Both the position numbers and the translations under genes were made by a program. Below are positions 49,601-58,478 of a DNA stretch of 64,000 nt, piece after piece. Below the pieces are notes generated by a model. It had not been told where the DNA came from and searched no databases. It saw nothing but the letters and a program-made list of their open reading frames with translations. The stretch's first letter is position 1; every line of letters begins with the position of its first letter. Source of the DNA: a virus; UHGV virus genome UHGV-0112180; one strand, 5' to 3'.

Positions 49601-50496
49601 GCCGATTTGAGTGTTGAATCATCCGTGTCGGGGATCATCTCCAGGAAGGTTTCCGGGTGTTTACGCAATACCCATACGTCCACCACGGTATCTGTACCGG
49701 ATTCGCTGAACGTACCGGAAGGCATACGATGTGCGCCCAAAAATTCCGCTTTACGGCTGACTTTATCGCGCAATTTTTTATATTTCGCACCATCGGTCAT
49801 GCCATTTGGCACCACCAATACGATAAGCCCACCAGGCTTAACCTTGTCGATCGTGCGCAGCACAAAGTAATTGCCAACGTTCTTCTCGTTTGCATATGCC
49901 GGATCAAGCCCGGCAACGCCGGAACGCCCTTCACCAAACGGTACGTTACCAACAGCGTGGTCATACATTGCATCTTTCGCCGCCAGCGCCTCAAACGCCC
50001 CGATATTCACATCGTCTTCCGGGTGCAAAAGCTGGTTTATTCGACCAGAAATCGGAGACAGTTCGGCGCTGGTCATTATCATGCCCTGCCGTTTTGTCTC
50101 CTGGAAAATACCTGTGCCCGCTGATGGTTCCAGTACGTGCCCGCCATCAATACCGTAGTCAGCAAACAGATCCCATATACCTTCAGCCATAAACTGTGGC
50201 GTGTAGTATTCGTATTGGCTGCCCTCACCATCTGTCAGGCCGCCTTCACCGGTATACCCAGCAAGAATCTGACGTTGTTCGTCAGTTAATTTCGCCCCAT
50301 CGAAGCCGGGCGGAAGGGAATTAAGAAGATTTACTGCGGCATTGTTTGCTGCCCGGCGTGTTTTCTGAATACTGACGCCATCGGCTTTCCTGACGCCAAA
50401 GGTCGCAACAGCACGTAATTTATGCAACCGACTAACAATTTCAATCAGTTCGCCTAAGCTGGAGGCTTCACTGATTGAATGAAGTAGTTTGTCCAA
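43660..50496 (-). CDS. darB: DarB-like giant methyltransferase-helicase (P1 defence-against-restriction type)
   Basis: 2278 aa; N-terminal N6-adenine MTase motifs (VLEPSAGTGIF, GNVPFG); DExH helicase motifs (GTGLGKT, VIADEGHNYRN); size matches P1 DarB. Confidence 0.8.
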   Translation of the reverse strand: MDKLLHSISEASSLGELIEIVSRLHKLRAVATFGVRKADGVSIQKTRRAANNAAVNLLNSLPPGFDGAKLTDEQRQILAGYTGEGGLTDGEGSQYEYYTPQFMAEGIWDLFADYGIDGGHVLEPSAGTGIFQETKRQGMIMTSAELSPISGRINQLLHPEDDVNIGAFEALAAKDAMYDHAVGNVPFGEGRSGVAGLDPAYANEKNVGNYFVLRTIDKVKPGGLIVLVVPNGMTDGAKYKKLRDKVSRKAEFLGAHRMPSGTFSESGTDTVVDVWVLRKHPETFLEMIPDTDDSTLKSANVLWDTFLKGKWFTTEGKRFVYGDMERTSFRNTLVVKKDGRVSNESMKTALSRRFDSRINWDLLGVTTQAWQGAKVGDKRLVGGIWHEFDGLKWVKDTTTKSSALDVSRYGVSTFGDLQIAFQSTNGILALSWDQISAIASDYPSVVSDEVAAMIRFAGKQREKDRERVMRGALIGQLINKALDLRNLGVNVDDKLADASRLAAAEVAKYGPPHAIKLNGLAEAGAKNWMTFTGNVKQDGSTSDLLAGRLDVTDGAAGIDFTRPEQVIAHLFSDVALNPITLGDFREAFAGELPEDDDAALEYLAKFDDIAIDGYGCLLPMDRATSGDIATKTALLMGWRDASTGEQKANFERQLAKIEEKRIFTPLNKVTVNLNARWLDRRLIKEFLAEQGYDEFKYTEPDLKVVDGILVSPDDYEGKDGVFTGYQLRTVNGKNGNEFKKANNKDGFLNQLENYLNGVKPRGQNANEYLDKIAQLEVSFNDWLRTHPQADQIAREYNDAFNGFIPFTHSDAPLGLEGLSGKRIPLTYQNEEVRRLSEDGRGIMGFGTGLGKTTTALALEAYNFETGRTKRTCIVVPKAVYQNWYHEAQSFYSADAFANMMFIGLDEVRDDSGNILTAPVLDENGEPRLDSNGQPLTRNVVKESASAVIVQRMNMIPSSNWRTVIMTKEQFASIPLREKTIEENSQQAVFNAVEMGRLDLASGKHRDAQKKNKIKDQAANTGTTKKQNIPYFEDMNFDSVIADEGHNYRNSFNAGREAGQLAYLPNPAVSKMARDMAVKAAYMMKRNNGRGVVMLTATPLVNSPIDAFNMLSTVIPQEEWMRMGIITPDDFVRVFGKTATVQVQKISGEVEEKQGLVGFQNLDGLRGIFHRWTTLKTAADVGATVKIPDIIENTLQIPMTGEQETAYEELRKRAQELSRNDELTVDENGHITNDKPDDFIFSIIRDMDKVAIDPDLYASAITFQFPVELADQVKAIADALPKVAGGKVADDVDEAEEDGAGGLVSTRTSKVVKTAFSEHPTHVEIRASIELEAEILKAIAAAGIDMQQVSHPIPPKYAALIENLREGLKNGKQIVFIDEKAQHQKLRRIIASALQMPEQEIGIINATTVSQAGGIKLKKVNKPTEPTPNKNGEYKEGAWETYYSKLAQYEDYLSAKNDAGLEGMEGIAADYNEGRTRIIICNKKAEVGINLHIGTTDIHHLTLPWTPASIDQRNGRGARVGSPQEKVNVHYYCGKGTFDDFRLDTLKRKKDWIKMVMTSDMSEIANGDADDADERAIMLAANPEERRAIMARQAQEREERLKLKAQREANNALDIYLKAANAAGKDIGMMETELKSAMEQIEYYQRNLDDLIKAGTNRNGQKYALEQLSSYRKRARVLRFAITRAKDADTIMKRSRGDVERAIKSGVLDISIDVIQNPQEYMRTDKNILLHKGSYYRAVIDDRETTAIVRVEKIDGEKAQYLCRIAWLDRASRYARAPGSIVTLPFDSVIEAVTFEEGVAESRATAARGVQCHQLSTILTRDQFYDAIRNGVMNVIAGKPGNAWGGGSAIKYWAYRTDDGQIALSSTYDGMIGQKIGRTSDIAPEQWIYPDINNEALKREVAKIQASDNPLNIVDGEGFLQALYGYDYIQGMQAWGAQATMDDVAQEFENWMAGRGLSGRSLNKVTSEDILSLFRKPSGEGLESFWRTVLAYRLFQGRMKAFSNIDDIERMFNQVKIAKIKAKIEKTRSALVAWRDALFEQYKSLSDADGWAALEQLANNGVDGAKLAIVQADNPLESPAAQWIKVGAVINAFDEKHISKDDFADAVSVNRLVEMATRRARELKDGDYVNELPDALKSATWQDYVSLKNGGATESEIAKRLEQAESKREEQAAVAEARADEAANDDYIIVVNDKPIRAKARVRGRWWSVSEDVGAVYLIADQPGSSTIRNAKDAIKKIGGRFWNFEANPVADVNFDRPAWMVSTRYSVDELRKIIADAA

Positions 50497-50647
50497 AGGA
50501 TTTCCCCCTCTAAACCGTAAAAAATTCCGCTATGCGGTACGGTTGAGAGGGTATGGAGAATGTTATTTTCAGGGGGACGATACTACCGTCAAAATCACAT
50601 ACTCCCCATAGTTTGCCTACTTATTAACCCATGACCGGGAGAAAAAT

Positions 50648-51133
50648 ATGGCAAACATTGAACCTCGCTGGCTAATTGAAGCCCGTAAGCACATTGGCCT
50701 GACTGAAATAAAAGGCGCTAAACACAACCCTGAAATCGTTCAGTTCTGGCGCGACATCAAGCGCGGCGGAATTAAAGACGATGAAACGCCGTGGTGCGCA
50801 GCATTTGTCGGTGCAATGCTGGAACGTGTAGGCATCCGCTCAACAAGATTTGAGTCGGCAAAATCCTATCTGGATTGGGGCGAAAAATTAGATACACCGG
50901 CATACGGATGTATCGTTGTATTTACCCGCGTAGGCGGTGGGCACGTAGGCTTCGTTGTCGGACGCCGTGCCAATGGCGATCTGCTTGTCCTGGGTGGGAA
51001 CCAGGGGGATGCTGTTAATATTCGCGCATTCCCAACATCAAGAGTGTCTGGCTATCGCTGGCCTGCTGGCGAACCACGCAATACCGCTCTGTTACCAGTC
51101 GGAGACGCAGCAACCTCAACTAATGAGGCATGA
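50648..51133 (+). CDS. CHAP/NlpC-P60-like peptidoglycan hydrolase family protein (tentative)
   Basis: Putative catalytic Cys (ETPWCAAFVG) and His (GGGHVGFVVG) in a 161-aa protein. Confidence 0.5.
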   Translation: MANIEPRWLIEARKHIGLTEIKGAKHNPEIVQFWRDIKRGGIKDDETPWCAAFVGAMLERVGIRSTRFESAKSYLDWGEKLDTPAYGCIVVFTRVGGGHVGFVVGRRANGDLLVLGGNQGDAVNIRAFPTSRVSGYRWPAGEPRNTALLPVGDAATSTNEA

Positions 51134-51136
51134 AAA

Positions 51137-51164
51137 AAGCCCCGGCCAGGCCGGGGCATCACGC
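51137..51164 (-). terminator. Rho-independent terminator (minus strand)
   Basis: On minus strand GCCCCGGCC-TGG-CCGGGGC followed by TTTTTT. Confidence 0.5.
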
Positions 51165-51165
51165 T

Positions 51166-51366
51166 TCAAGTCACGATCCAATCATTACCGACTATATCAG
51201 CCGTCGATAAATCAACTTCCCGGATCTGGAGTCCATTAATACAAAACCATCCGGTAGTAGAGTAATTATCAGGCCAGGCCCATACACCAACACTCCATAC
51301 TTTACGGCGGCACACTTCAGCCTGTCCTTCCCTGATTTTTTTTACCGCCTGCATGATGTCCATCAC
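51166..51366 (-). CDS. Small protein downstream of ant (copy 2)
   Basis: 66-aa ORF overlapping the ant stop; homologous segment is fused in copy 1. Confidence 0.35.
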   Translation of the reverse strand: MMDIMQAVKKIREGQAEVCRRKVWSVGVWAWPDNYSTTGWFCINGLQIREVDLSTADIVGNDWIVT

Positions 51367-52070
51367 TCACCTCCCCAACCGATCACCTGGAATTGCCCCA
51401 TTTTGGGGTGATACCAGCGTTTTCCTCGGTGTTCAGCCTCCGACATCATCCGGTTAAAAGCATTCATGAAGGGAGATAAGGCCACGATTGAACGACGCGA
51501 CAATACCCCCTCTGGAGTTAAAAACTCATGCGTATCTGTGGGGATCCGGTAAGCGTTGACCAGGTTGCGGCATTTGGCTTCGGTCAGGCCGCATTTTGCC
51601 GCCAGCTGGCGGTAGCCAATGTAACCTTCCGGCATGTTGCCCTTCTTGATTTGCTCGACGGTTTCTACCACTTGGCTAACCTTTGACTCAACAACATGAA
51701 GCCGCTTTTGCTGCTGAACTGCATTTGCAGCCATTGCGGCGATCATCTCTATTTCGGTCAACGGCTGGCGTGCTTGTTCTTCCAGTTCGCGCCAGCGGTC
51801 CACCAGCCGGGCGGTGAATTCGGGAGAGAGCTGCGCAACGACAATAATGCTGTCTCGTTTGCCTTGCTCGCCTTCGAAGACGTAAGCCTCGACACTACGG
51901 CGTAGTCCTAAGTTATTGATTTTTTCGAAAACCTGCAATGCAGGAAGTTGAATAACTCCAGATTTAGCCAGGCGCTCTATTGATATTTTTACGTTATCTG
52001 GACGACTTCCCACCAGCTCCGCGATCTCAATGCTGGTCATTGATGGCTTTTCAAGAATGCAGATATCCAT
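51363..52070 (-). CDS. Rha-type phage regulatory protein / antirepressor-like (copy 2, intact)
   Basis: MTSIEIAELVGSRPDNVKISIERLAKSGVI and FEGEQGKRDSIIVVAQLSPEFTARLVDRWRELE; single 235-aa frame. Confidence 0.55.
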   Translation of the reverse strand: MDICILEKPSMTSIEIAELVGSRPDNVKISIERLAKSGVIQLPALQVFEKINNLGLRRSVEAYVFEGEQGKRDSIIVVAQLSPEFTARLVDRWRELEEQARQPLTEIEMIAAMAANAVQQQKRLHVVESKVSQVVETVEQIKKGNMPEGYIGYRQLAAKCGLTEAKCRNLVNAYRIPTDTHEFLTPEGVLSRRSIVALSPFMNAFNRMMSEAEHRGKRWYHPKMGQFQVIGWGGE

Positions 52071-52294
52071 CAGTGTGCCTCCGCAATTCCGGGATTGGTA
52101 ATATTGCGATACCAGGGATTAGTGTTTGGTTGTGGGGAAGTAGAGAAACGACCAGTAAGAACACCATGCTGATCAGGGATCAGAGAACGGGCTTCTTTTT
52201 CGGTTGCGGCAATTGCGAAGTGATCGCAGTGTTTTTGCAGGGAGTGGAAACGCCAGATGAATTCTGGACGTGAGCAAGGATTGGCATTAACCAT
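52070..52294 (-). CDS. Icd-like small protein (copy 2)
   Basis: 74 aa, EFIWRF...AATEKEAR motif; stop overlaps the ant start. Confidence 0.5.
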   Translation of the reverse strand: MVNANPCSRPEFIWRFHSLQKHCDHFAIAATEKEARSLIPDQHGVLTGRFSTSPQPNTNPWYRNITNPGIAEAH

Positions 52295-52707
52295 AGTTAC
52301 GGCCTCACTAACAGGTTTAACAACCTGCTACCCGCTGTCAAACAGGTGGCAGGACGTGACAGGGTTGACAGACTGGCGTTAGTGAAACCAGCAGGCCGAA
52401 GCCTCCCCATCACGCCCCACCATAATTCGGGCGTAACGCGGTTTACGGACACAAAAATACCGCAATATCGGAAATCTGCGGTTGTCCGCACTAACATTCA
52501 GGCTGTCAAACCTGGTCGCAGAATTTGCTACGACGGCATGAATATAAGCCTGAAAACATGGAAGATCAACTAAAAATTTCAGCAATGGATGACTTCAGTC
52601 GATGATGCAGATCATACATTCCGATTTAGAAACAGCAAATTAATTTTCTAACACAGATTATCGAGCGAGCATTTTCCGATCATTGGGATGTTTTGTAGAC
52701 ACACAGG

Positions 52708-53670
52708 TCATCCCCTAAAGCCCGCCGGGATTGACCAATCCTCACGGTCAAATTCAGACCGATAGCCACGCTGTTTCATCAGGTCAAAGGCTTCACCAAT
52801 GGTTGCACACCCCAGGGAGCCAGAATAATCCATTGAGAAATCCAGGGCACTGGATTGTTTAGGCTTATTCACTGCGGTAGCGGCACTACGTATCCATGCA
52901 AATTTTTTTGCCAGCTTTTCAGCGGTACGATACAGAGCCTGCCGTTTTGCGTGCCCCTCGTCTGAACGACGCTTTGCAGCTCTCGCTTTTGCCGCCGCCA
53001 GGCAGTGGTTGGTATGTTCTTCCCTGATTACTGGTTTTTTATCCAGCACCCCATTATCCGCTTGAGAACTATCTGCTGGTGAAGCCTTTGGCTGAACCGC
53101 GCATGATCTTTCTCTTCTTTTTGCTATAGAGTGACTCTTATTTTCTATTGGCTGTTCATTTTGAACATGGGGGGACTTGTTCAATTTGAACAGGGGGTTC
53201 CCAGTTTCAAAAAAATAACGAACCTTTGAAATCAACTGCTTAACCAGTTTTGTGGCGTTGGCAAATTTGATGCCCTGCTTACCCCCTATCTCCATTGCTA
53301 CATGAATGAAGTGGAGAAATTGTGTCGTAAACCGATATACGTTACACACCTGGGCATTGTTATTCGCTACCTGATGTTGCTTAACAAGCATTCCGCACTT
53401 CGTCGCTTCAGCAAATGCCCGGCGCACAGTAGAAATACTGCGTCCTGTAATCTCGGACATATCAGCATATGAGCGACGGATCATGTATTCATCGGTAGAC
53501 CCTGCCAGGTTGGCGAACTCGGCAATAATGGCGCTATGTGAAGGGGAAAGAAGACCGCTATGACGAGCAAAAAAACTCAACTGATGACCTTTGATTTTTT
53601 TGTGGTATTCAGTGTTGTTTTTATACTCAGAAGTGTTGAAAGTTACTGAAACTGAATTTAAAATACTCAC
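52708..53670 (-). CDS. HTH-containing protein, possibly a RepL-type replication or regulatory protein
   Basis: HTH-like MSEITGRSISTVRRAFAEATKCGMLV; position upstream of the immI-like module. Confidence 0.3.
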   Translation of the reverse strand: MSILNSVSVTFNTSEYKNNTEYHKKIKGHQLSFFARHSGLLSPSHSAIIAEFANLAGSTDEYMIRRSYADMSEITGRSISTVRRAFAEATKCGMLVKQHQVANNNAQVCNVYRFTTQFLHFIHVAMEIGGKQGIKFANATKLVKQLISKVRYFFETGNPLFKLNKSPHVQNEQPIENKSHSIAKRRERSCAVQPKASPADSSQADNGVLDKKPVIREEHTNHCLAAAKARAAKRRSDEGHAKRQALYRTAEKLAKKFAWIRSAATAVNKPKQSSALDFSMDYSGSLGCATIGEAFDLMKQRGYRSEFDREDWSIPAGFRG

Positions 53671-53870
53671 CAGATAGTTCCGTGAAAAAATCTATCTACC
53701 GTATAAATCTATGGCAGTGGATTTATACACCCAAAAAGCCGCTTCTCAGCGGCTTTTGCTTTTTTGGCAGTCGCTACCGGAGCAGTGACCGCGATCCTAC
53801 TCGATCCCATCCACCAGGATCAACAGTGTATATAAATACACTATGTTAGAAATTTAACTTAACAAGGCAA

Positions 53871-54869
53871 TCACCCCCTTCTAGAAACGAAGAGTAACGG
53901 GGTGGTGTTTTTGTTCTCCTTCGGTGATAACTCTGGTTCTTTCTTGCCTGATACCGGTAAGCCATAAGTAGCATTTGCCCCAAGAGATTCAAGCATCGCA
54001 GCCACTATGCGGGCATCATCTTCAGACTGCATACGGCAGAGCGCCCGGCGCTGTTCTGCGCTGATAAAAACAGGCATTTCCTGGATAGCGTCACGCAAAA
54101 TCCGGCGGCATTGCTTTGCATTTTCCCCTTGGCTTTCCATCATCGCTGTTTGAGCGCGCAGCTTATCTCGAAGCTGTATGTTTTCCACTTCAAGGAGCAT
54201 CAATTCTGATTCCAGGGCTTCACGATGTGCAGATTCGAGCATGGCTTGCTGATTTTTCATTGCTGAAAAGTGGTGAACCAGATCCGTAGCTGCGTTATCG
54301 GTAAAACCTTGTTCGATAAGTGCTGCATGAATAGCCGCATCGCGCTCTTCTACTGATTCAAGCATCAGGCTTTTCTTGTCGAGGCTGATATAGTTAGGCA
54401 CAGTTACGTAATCAAAGCCGTGGAAAGACTTTACCAGGGATACCGATGAATCTGGACCAGATGTAGCCCACGACCAACCACCAGCACCAGAATTAATCAT
54501 GCCCTGAACAATACGCCCGGTGTCTGTATCCAGTATTTCCTGCGTATGAGTAACAATGCCGTTGTCGTCAATCGAAATGTCGATAGTCCTGTTTGACGGC
54601 ACGTTCTCCAATACAACAGGCTTCCCATCTACCATCACAACAGAGACTTCCGGCAAGTTCAGGCTTTTCGTTTTGTTATAGTGCATCGCCCGGCGACCAT
54701 GACCGTAATAACCATACATCTCACCCAGCGCGATACGCTCTTTTGTTTCTGGCGAGTTGAATGTGTCTCGTACCGACTGAATGACGTAATTTCGGTTGTT
54801 CTGCGGTGTGTGTTTGCGGATTTTCTCTACCAGGGAGAAGCGATCCGTAACAGTATTCAGTGATTGCAT
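53871..54869 (-). CDS. Head morphogenesis protein (possible prohead protease or scaffold; P1 pro position)
   Basis: 332 aa immediately downstream of the putative portal gene; assignment by size and position only. Confidence 0.3.
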   Translation of the reverse strand: MQSLNTVTDRFSLVEKIRKHTPQNNRNYVIQSVRDTFNSPETKERIALGEMYGYYGHGRRAMHYNKTKSLNLPEVSVVMVDGKPVVLENVPSNRTIDISIDDNGIVTHTQEILDTDTGRIVQGMINSGAGGWSWATSGPDSSVSLVKSFHGFDYVTVPNYISLDKKSLMLESVEERDAAIHAALIEQGFTDNAATDLVHHFSAMKNQQAMLESAHREALESELMLLEVENIQLRDKLRAQTAMMESQGENAKQCRRILRDAIQEMPVFISAEQRRALCRMQSEDDARIVAAMLESLGANATYGLPVSGKKEPELSPKENKNTTPLLFVSRRG

Positions 54870-54882
54870 TATTTCCCTCCGG

Positions 54883-56565
54883 TTAATTGCTCATCACAAA
54901 TTTTGCAAAGTTTATTAACTGTTCTGGCGTCCAGTTTTCCGGATCGTCACCGGACGACAACGGCGCGGATTCGTACATACCATGCTCGCTGTTTTGCTCT
55001 GATTCATTCGCCTTAAACTCTTTGATCATGGTGTTGAGAGTGTCATCGTCGATGTGCAACTGCTCGGTGAACAGATAACGCATAAACGCGTCACTACCAG
55101 CCAGTTTCGGGTTGTTCTGGATCTGGTCCATAATTTGGGAGATGACAGCAACAAAGTTGGCGCGTGCATCCAGTTCTCGGTTTTCCTCTTCCTGGATAGC
55201 AGTGTTCATTGAGTTGAATTGCACGTCATAAGGGCGGTTTGTTTCGGTGTAAACCTTGCCGTATTTATAAGCGAGGTGAATGTCCAGAAGCCGATAAATA
55301 GTTCGCTGGGCGGCCTGTCTGATCCAGTTCGCACGCAATGCAGCCTGGATAGCAGTTTGCTGCCAGCCGCCTTCTCCAAGCCCTCCGCTCATCTGATCAG
55401 CCCAGCCAAGCATTGTTGCGTCAATGCCGAGGCTTGCAGCAAGCTGCCGGAGGTGAAACATAACGTCTTCGATACCACTGATATCTGCGGGTATGGATTG
55501 CGTATCAATGGTGATGCCGTTCTTCCCGTCTCCCATAACAGGTATCAGATGGTTAAGCACAGTCGGAATAGCGTTAGCATTAATCGACCTTTGCGCCACC
55601 AGGTCACTATGACGCTTCAATGCCTGGCTGACGCCACGCGTATAGTTCGCCGCATTAACCGGGTCCAGTGTGTTCGTCGTAAGAGCAATCAGGCGGTCAA
55701 TTTTGGCTGCATTATTTCGCGTTGATTTCAGCGCGGCGAGCGAAGCACATAAATTAAGGTAAGGTTCATAGCTGTATTCCAGGAATGAAGTTCCGTAATT
55801 CTGCGTCTCCATTAACGGCTTATCAGCCTGATCACTTAACAGTGAGTACCCTTTTGTGCCGTAGCTAACCGGAATAACTTTATGCTGTGGCGTCCAATAG
55901 GGATTTTTCATGGAAACCAGATTCCACGGTTCGGTTATTACTCTGCGCAAACTATGCGTATCCAGGATGTAATCACCACTGAATCCAACCAGCTGGCTAC
56001 CGCGATAAAATTCCTGGACGAAATGTGGCAGAGTGTAATAACTGGACTCAATGCCTGTTATCCCCCTGCCCTGTTCAGCATAAGGTCGGACATAAGACAC
56101 CCCAAAGATCGCCATGATCATGGCCCATGAAGGAAGTCCGTCATTAATCATCGCCCCCAAATCAGCGGTTAACTCTTCACATCTACTTACTGCCTCGGCA
56201 TCGGAACCATCCTTTGGCGAAAGGATGAATGCCTGTCCGGTTTTTTTTGAAGGCGCAAGCGCATGTGCAATGTGAATGTTTAAAGCCGTCGAGATAGTCG
56301 GGCTTTTAGCCATCGTTTCCAGGATGTTGTACTTTTGCAGGCGCTCGCCGGGCAGTTCAGCGGATAAAGAAATTGAATCTGCCTCACTCGTCATGCCATC
56401 GCTATTGCTCCCCAGGATGCCTGGACGTAAAGCAGACAGGCCGGAACGAGCAACGACACTATGTCCGCTCGTAAAAACGACCGGATCGGCGGGCGTAACA
56501 TCACCACCGTTGAAGGCTTTCTTCAATGCTGACAGAAAGCCTTTATTTTTGTCTTTCGTTGCCAT
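54883..56565 (-). CDS. Putative portal protein (P1 prt position)
   Basis: 560 aa; size and position only. Confidence 0.35.
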   Translation of the reverse strand: MATKDKNKGFLSALKKAFNGGDVTPADPVVFTSGHSVVARSGLSALRPGILGSNSDGMTSEADSISLSAELPGERLQKYNILETMAKSPTISTALNIHIAHALAPSKKTGQAFILSPKDGSDAEAVSRCEELTADLGAMINDGLPSWAMIMAIFGVSYVRPYAEQGRGITGIESSYYTLPHFVQEFYRGSQLVGFSGDYILDTHSLRRVITEPWNLVSMKNPYWTPQHKVIPVSYGTKGYSLLSDQADKPLMETQNYGTSFLEYSYEPYLNLCASLAALKSTRNNAAKIDRLIALTTNTLDPVNAANYTRGVSQALKRHSDLVAQRSINANAIPTVLNHLIPVMGDGKNGITIDTQSIPADISGIEDVMFHLRQLAASLGIDATMLGWADQMSGGLGEGGWQQTAIQAALRANWIRQAAQRTIYRLLDIHLAYKYGKVYTETNRPYDVQFNSMNTAIQEEENRELDARANFVAVISQIMDQIQNNPKLAGSDAFMRYLFTEQLHIDDDTLNTMIKEFKANESEQNSEHGMYESAPLSSGDDPENWTPEQLINFAKFVMSN

Positions 56566-56629
56566 GAATCACCGCAAATTGTTTCCAGTTTTGCGGCAGC
56601 ATAATCAGTATGTGATTTCAGCGGTTGGT

Positions 56630-58027
56630 TTAGTTTTCCGTACGGCAATTATTTAGATCTGTAGAATTTTCAAACATAGCAAAGTTCAGACCTTTCCCTT
56701 CGCCAAATTCACCCTCAATTTCATCAGATACAGCAGACAAAATACGACGCAGATCAACATCGCCACCGCCGAACATATCGCCCAATGCCTGTTGTTTATG
56801 AGTCAGCTCGTCGTTGATTTTTTGCGCCATTTTTTTGAATGCTGTCCCCATACGCTTCGCACTGCGATTATTTGCTACGATGAATAGCGCCAATGCCTCA
56901 GCTTCTGGTGTACTGTCGCCGAATAACCCCCTTTGGGCGATCACTTCTTCAACGGCCTGACCGTTGTCTTTGGCTTCACGTACAAGATTAATTGCTTCCT
57001 GGAGTGCTGCTATCGCCTGTGTATCCAGGCCATTAACCTGCTCTATACCGTCCACTAAGCCTGTTACTGCGTCATGGTGAGCGTCGCCAGACAGCGACTG
57101 CATTTGCGCAAAATCGCTGGCTGCCGTATTTAATGCGGTCAGGATATTACGCATTTCCGGATCTGGCTCTTCCGACACCAGCCGAACAAGCCTTTCATCC
57201 TTGTACGCTTTGGCAAAAATTGCATTCTGGATGCGATCGATAAGCTGTTTCGTGGGACGCCCATCGGCAGTAAGCAAGCCTGCCGTCGCTGTATCGCCAA
57301 TTTCGCGCAAAAACGCACGAATAAACGCATCATTGGACCGCGCCAGCAGATTTCCATCATCTGAAGGATTAAATAGCGCCATGACGCTCTCAGTGAGAAA
57401 TTGCGCATCCGCATACGCTTTTTCACTTGCTGCCATCTCTTGCAGATCGCTAATGTTTGAATCGCGGGCAAATTGAGCGCGGTCTACATCTGTGAGTCTT
57501 TCTCGCACCAGTACGGGCATAGACATTTGCGAAATTTCGTCAGGATTCAGACCAAACTCTTTCGCATGGTCGATCAGGTACTGGCGATACTCATCCGCCT
57601 GTCCTTGCTCATAGGCACGCCAGATACCCATACTCCTTCCGTTGCCGGATTCAACAACGTTGTCCGGACCAACTATCGGCGCTCCGTGGCTGCTCATACC
57701 GGAATCCGTTAATTGTGCCGGGCGTAAATTGGAGGCAATACGGTTAACCTGGAGTTTGCTGGATAGCCGGGTACGATCTCGTGGTTGGAGTTCTTCCGGG
57801 AAGGCCGGGTTAATCGTACCGTCAAGGTTGTTCGAAATGATCAGACTGCTGGCATCAACGACCTTAAAAGCCGTCTTTACCTCTGCACCTTTGCTGGTGA
57901 CTACGTAGCTACTTCGCCCCAGGCGTGTTTCTTTCCTCTCTAATGAAGAAACCAGAGCAATGACGCTGTTAATATCTGCGGCCCCGGAAAGCGCAGAAGT
58001 AACTGATTTGTTCAAAATACACTCCAA
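56630..58027 (-). CDS. Hypothetical protein (dar-operon region)
   Basis: 465-aa ORF. Confidence 0.3.
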   Translation of the reverse strand: MECILNKSVTSALSGAADINSVIALVSSLERKETRLGRSSYVVTSKGAEVKTAFKVVDASSLIISNNLDGTINPAFPEELQPRDRTRLSSKLQVNRIASNLRPAQLTDSGMSSHGAPIVGPDNVVESGNGRSMGIWRAYEQGQADEYRQYLIDHAKEFGLNPDEISQMSMPVLVRERLTDVDRAQFARDSNISDLQEMAASEKAYADAQFLTESVMALFNPSDDGNLLARSNDAFIRAFLREIGDTATAGLLTADGRPTKQLIDRIQNAIFAKAYKDERLVRLVSEEPDPEMRNILTALNTAASDFAQMQSLSGDAHHDAVTGLVDGIEQVNGLDTQAIAALQEAINLVREAKDNGQAVEEVIAQRGLFGDSTPEAEALALFIVANNRSAKRMGTAFKKMAQKINDELTHKQQALGDMFGGGDVDLRRILSAVSDEIEGEFGEGKGLNFAMFENSTDLNNCRTEN

Positions 58028-58109
58028 CTATAGAGAAAGCTGTGAGTGTAAAAAGTGTGTGATTTATGTGAGAACAGATAAGTGAAAGGGGCATTTCAGC
58101 CCCTTTTGA

Positions 58110-58478
58110 TTACCCGGCATAACCGTTAGCTTTCACCCAGCTTATGGTCTGCTCTTTAGCCTGCTCCAACGTAAGGAACTCGCCAACATAGTTTGAGATC
58201 CCACGCAGCGCATCAATAAATTCCATTTGTGTGGACTTTGTGAAGACACCGCCCAGGAAGTCAGTCACTATCTTAGGGACTTCATCTACAACAGGATCAG
58301 TCTGTTGTTGCGGTTCCGCTGCCGGTTGCGCGGCAGTCCCCAGGCCCAATTTCAGCATCACATCAACAATCTGCTTACCAATGGTGACGCGTTGCAATAC
58401 TGGCGCAGTTTTCTGCGCCTGCATTAGATCTGATAGCTCTTTACCTAATTTCAGGCGGTCTAAAACAGAGATGGTCAT
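58110..58478 (-). CDS. Hypothetical protein (dar-operon region, DdrA-like size)
   Basis: 122-aa ORF. Confidence 0.3.
   Translation of the reverse strand: MTISVLDRLKLGKELSDLMQAQKTAPVLQRVTIGKQIVDVMLKLGLGTAAQPAAEPQQQTDPVVDEVPKIVTDFLGGVFTKSTQMEFIDALRGISNYVGEFLTLEQAKEQTISWVKANGYAG

Noticed and set aside
44489-50192. Numerous plus-strand ORFs of 60-230 aa lying inside the 2278-aa minus-strand gene (for example 45220..45816, 46156..46851, 46196..46858, 46990..47547, 48605..49072, 49657..50124)
   Set aside because: They are antisense to a long ORF that carries clear methyltransferase and helicase motifs; their translations are low-complexity and Ser/Ala/Arg-rich, typical of shadow ORFs.
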